A stretch of 63,912 nt of DNA, counting the filler, from Octopus bimaculoides (taxonomy: Eukaryota), in the NCBI RefSeq assembly GCF_001194135.2. It is 8 parts of 8 records of this genome, joined end to end, with 100 filler letters (N's around TTAATTAATTAA, not from the genome) between each part and the next. Parts side by side here need not be neighbours in the genome. Positions count along the whole stretch, not along the records: positions 62,210 to 63,912 come from NW_026375750.1; 7 more parts are not named here. One strand, given 5' to 3'. The notes under the pieces were generated by a model. That model was not told the origin of the DNA, made no database searches, and saw only the letters and a program-made list of their open reading frames with translations. This document shows, piece after piece, positions 62,211-63,912 of this stretch. Both the position numbers and the translations under genes were made by a program. Within the stretch, counting starts at the first letter, position 1; the number at the start of each line of letters is the position of its first letter.

Positions 62211-63072
62211 CAGGGTGTGATGGGTGAATTGTCGCCATTTTATATTTTTGATTTCACACATGCGCATTGTTTGTGTTTGATTTTGTCGACTACACACTAT
62301 AGTAGGGTCAGCTGGACACCATCTGGGAGGAAAACAGCACCATGACACAATTCACTCTGACAGAAATTTGGAAACAACATGCTATACTGCTTGGCATTTG
62401 TGCTGGAAACTCCAATACGAAGCGCTGGAAGCTCCAATATGAACATGTACTGAGAGTAATAAAAATCAAACATCCAGTCAACATCATGGTATTTGGAATG
62501 ATCACTAGTGATGGTAACATTATACCTCCATTCATCTTCTCACAAGGTCTCACACTCAACACAGAGGCCTACATCAAGTGCTCGAGGAGGTGGTGCTGCC
62601 CTGGGTCAAGAGAGTGGTTGCTGAATAACCCCATGTCTGGCAACAGGACTCTGCACCATGCCACACAAGCAGGAGAACCCAGGCAGGTCTGTCAGATAAT
62701 TTCTGCAACCATATCACCCCTAACATCTGCCCACCTAACTCCCCAGACTGCAACCCCCTTGATTATTATGCGTGAGGCACAGTTGAGTGAGAGACCAACA
62801 AAACTCCTTGTAACACCAAAGATGAACTGTAGGCAAGGATTATGGCAGCATTCACCAACTTAAACAAGGAAACCATTCAGAAGAGATGCAGGAGATTCCA
62901 AAGTCGTCTGGAGGTTGTGGTTGAAGCCAATGGCTATTTTATTGAATAAATTTACTCATTATTATTTCAAAATATTTTTATGTAATTTTGGTAAATATAT
63001 CTGATAAAATGAAATGTCAGTGTTATTTTCATTTTTGCGTAATTTAGACGACAGTTCATTCATCGCATCCTG
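62211..63072 (+). mobile_element. Internally deleted DD37D (maT/mori-type) Tc1/mariner transposon
   Basis: KHPVNIMVFGMITSDG...WQQDSAPCH...PPNSPDCNPLDY, with 37 residues between the last two catalytic Asp; stops and a frameshift; imperfect TIR of about 26 bp; TA on the right. Confidence 0.88.
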
Positions 63073-63159
<87 letters not shown>

Positions 63160-63232
63160 GTGATCCTTTGTGTGGGCTTGTATGCGTGCACATGTTGAAT
63201 GTTTTGATATTTTCACACAAAATTTGGCATAC

Positions 63233-63295
63233 TTTTGCTGGCACATCAAGGAGTTCACAGATGTAGCCCAGCCCTGGTTTTAACTCTTTGCAGAT
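63233..63295 (-). CDS. Candidate 63-nt exon of an unidentified gene
   Basis: atattcttgtcacag|[21 protein letters not shown]|gtatgc; only phase 0 is open. Confidence 0.25.
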
Positions 63296-63825
63296 CTGTG
63301 ACAAGAATATAATTCCTTTTGATGTTCTTAATGTCTGTGAAATTTCTAACTCATTCAAGAAGGCAACTGAATGGTTAAGAATTTTAAAATGTTACAGCAT
63401 ATATTAGTTACAAGTCTAGGAAAAGAGTTTGGTAGTCTAATCACCTCATATTTTTCTTGCTTTTCTTTCCTTTAGCAGATAAAAAAGAAGAATAAGAAGC
63501 ATTAATTGAAGTGTTAGATTATCAAACCTTATTTTCTAAGTCTTGTAACAAGAATATGCTGTAGGAGTTTCAAATTCTTAACTATTTAGGAAGGCAACTG
63601 AATAGTTGCCTTCTGAAAGTGTTTAGAAATTTAGCAAAAGTGAAACAATATCTAAATGAGCTACGTTCTTGTGTTTTAGACCAAGAATCTGAAAAAGGTT
63701 TAAAACCCGGGCTTAGAGGTAGCATCTGTGATCCCTTGGCACATTGGGCAAGTGTCTTCTACAATAGCTTTGGGTGCTGACCAAAGCCTTGGGAATGCAA
63801 AGCAAAAGAAGCTTGTCATATATTT

Positions 63826-63912
63826 GTATTCTCTCTTTTACTCTTTTACTTGTTTCAGTCTGTGACTATGGCCATGCTGGAGCACCGCCTTTAGTCGAGC
63901 AAATCGACCCCA
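63826..63912 (-). mobile_element. SINE family A tail (runs off the window)
   Basis: cttttactcttttacttgtttcag...ggccatgctggagcaccgcctttagtcgagcaaatcgacccca. Confidence 0.85.

Overview
This is eukaryotic, AT-rich, microsatellite-dense genomic DNA with many N gaps. The SINE/LINE landscape suggests an octopus (coleoid cephalopod); that is inferred from recalled repeat families, not from a search. Nearly all ORFs in the supplied track are microsatellite or N artefacts. The one well-supported gene fragment is the last three coding exons of a GGNBP2 (ZNF403)-like gene on the minus strand (36487-36384, 33290-33195, 29643-29482). The rest is mobile DNA: three tRNA-headed SINE families (called A, B and D here), many 5'-truncated RTE LINE 3' ends (family C), CR1/L2-group and RLE-type (Dong/R4-like) LINE ends, a mariner, a DD37D maT element, Tc1- and piggyBac-type MITEs, and Helitron derivatives. 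The most notable result is five minimal type I hammerhead ribozyme motifs in two non-coding repeat families: H1 at 27561 (+) and 58708 (-), and H2 at 18609, 56657 and 59119 (all -). One H2 copy has a fully canonical core and sits in a 272-nt unit that starts to repeat in tandem and then inverts. That layout matches Penelope pseudo-LTRs or non-LTR retrozymes. Seven N44-TTAATTAATTAA-N44 blocks are artificial scaffold joins, so adjacency across them is unproven. Boundaries of decayed repeats are approximate.
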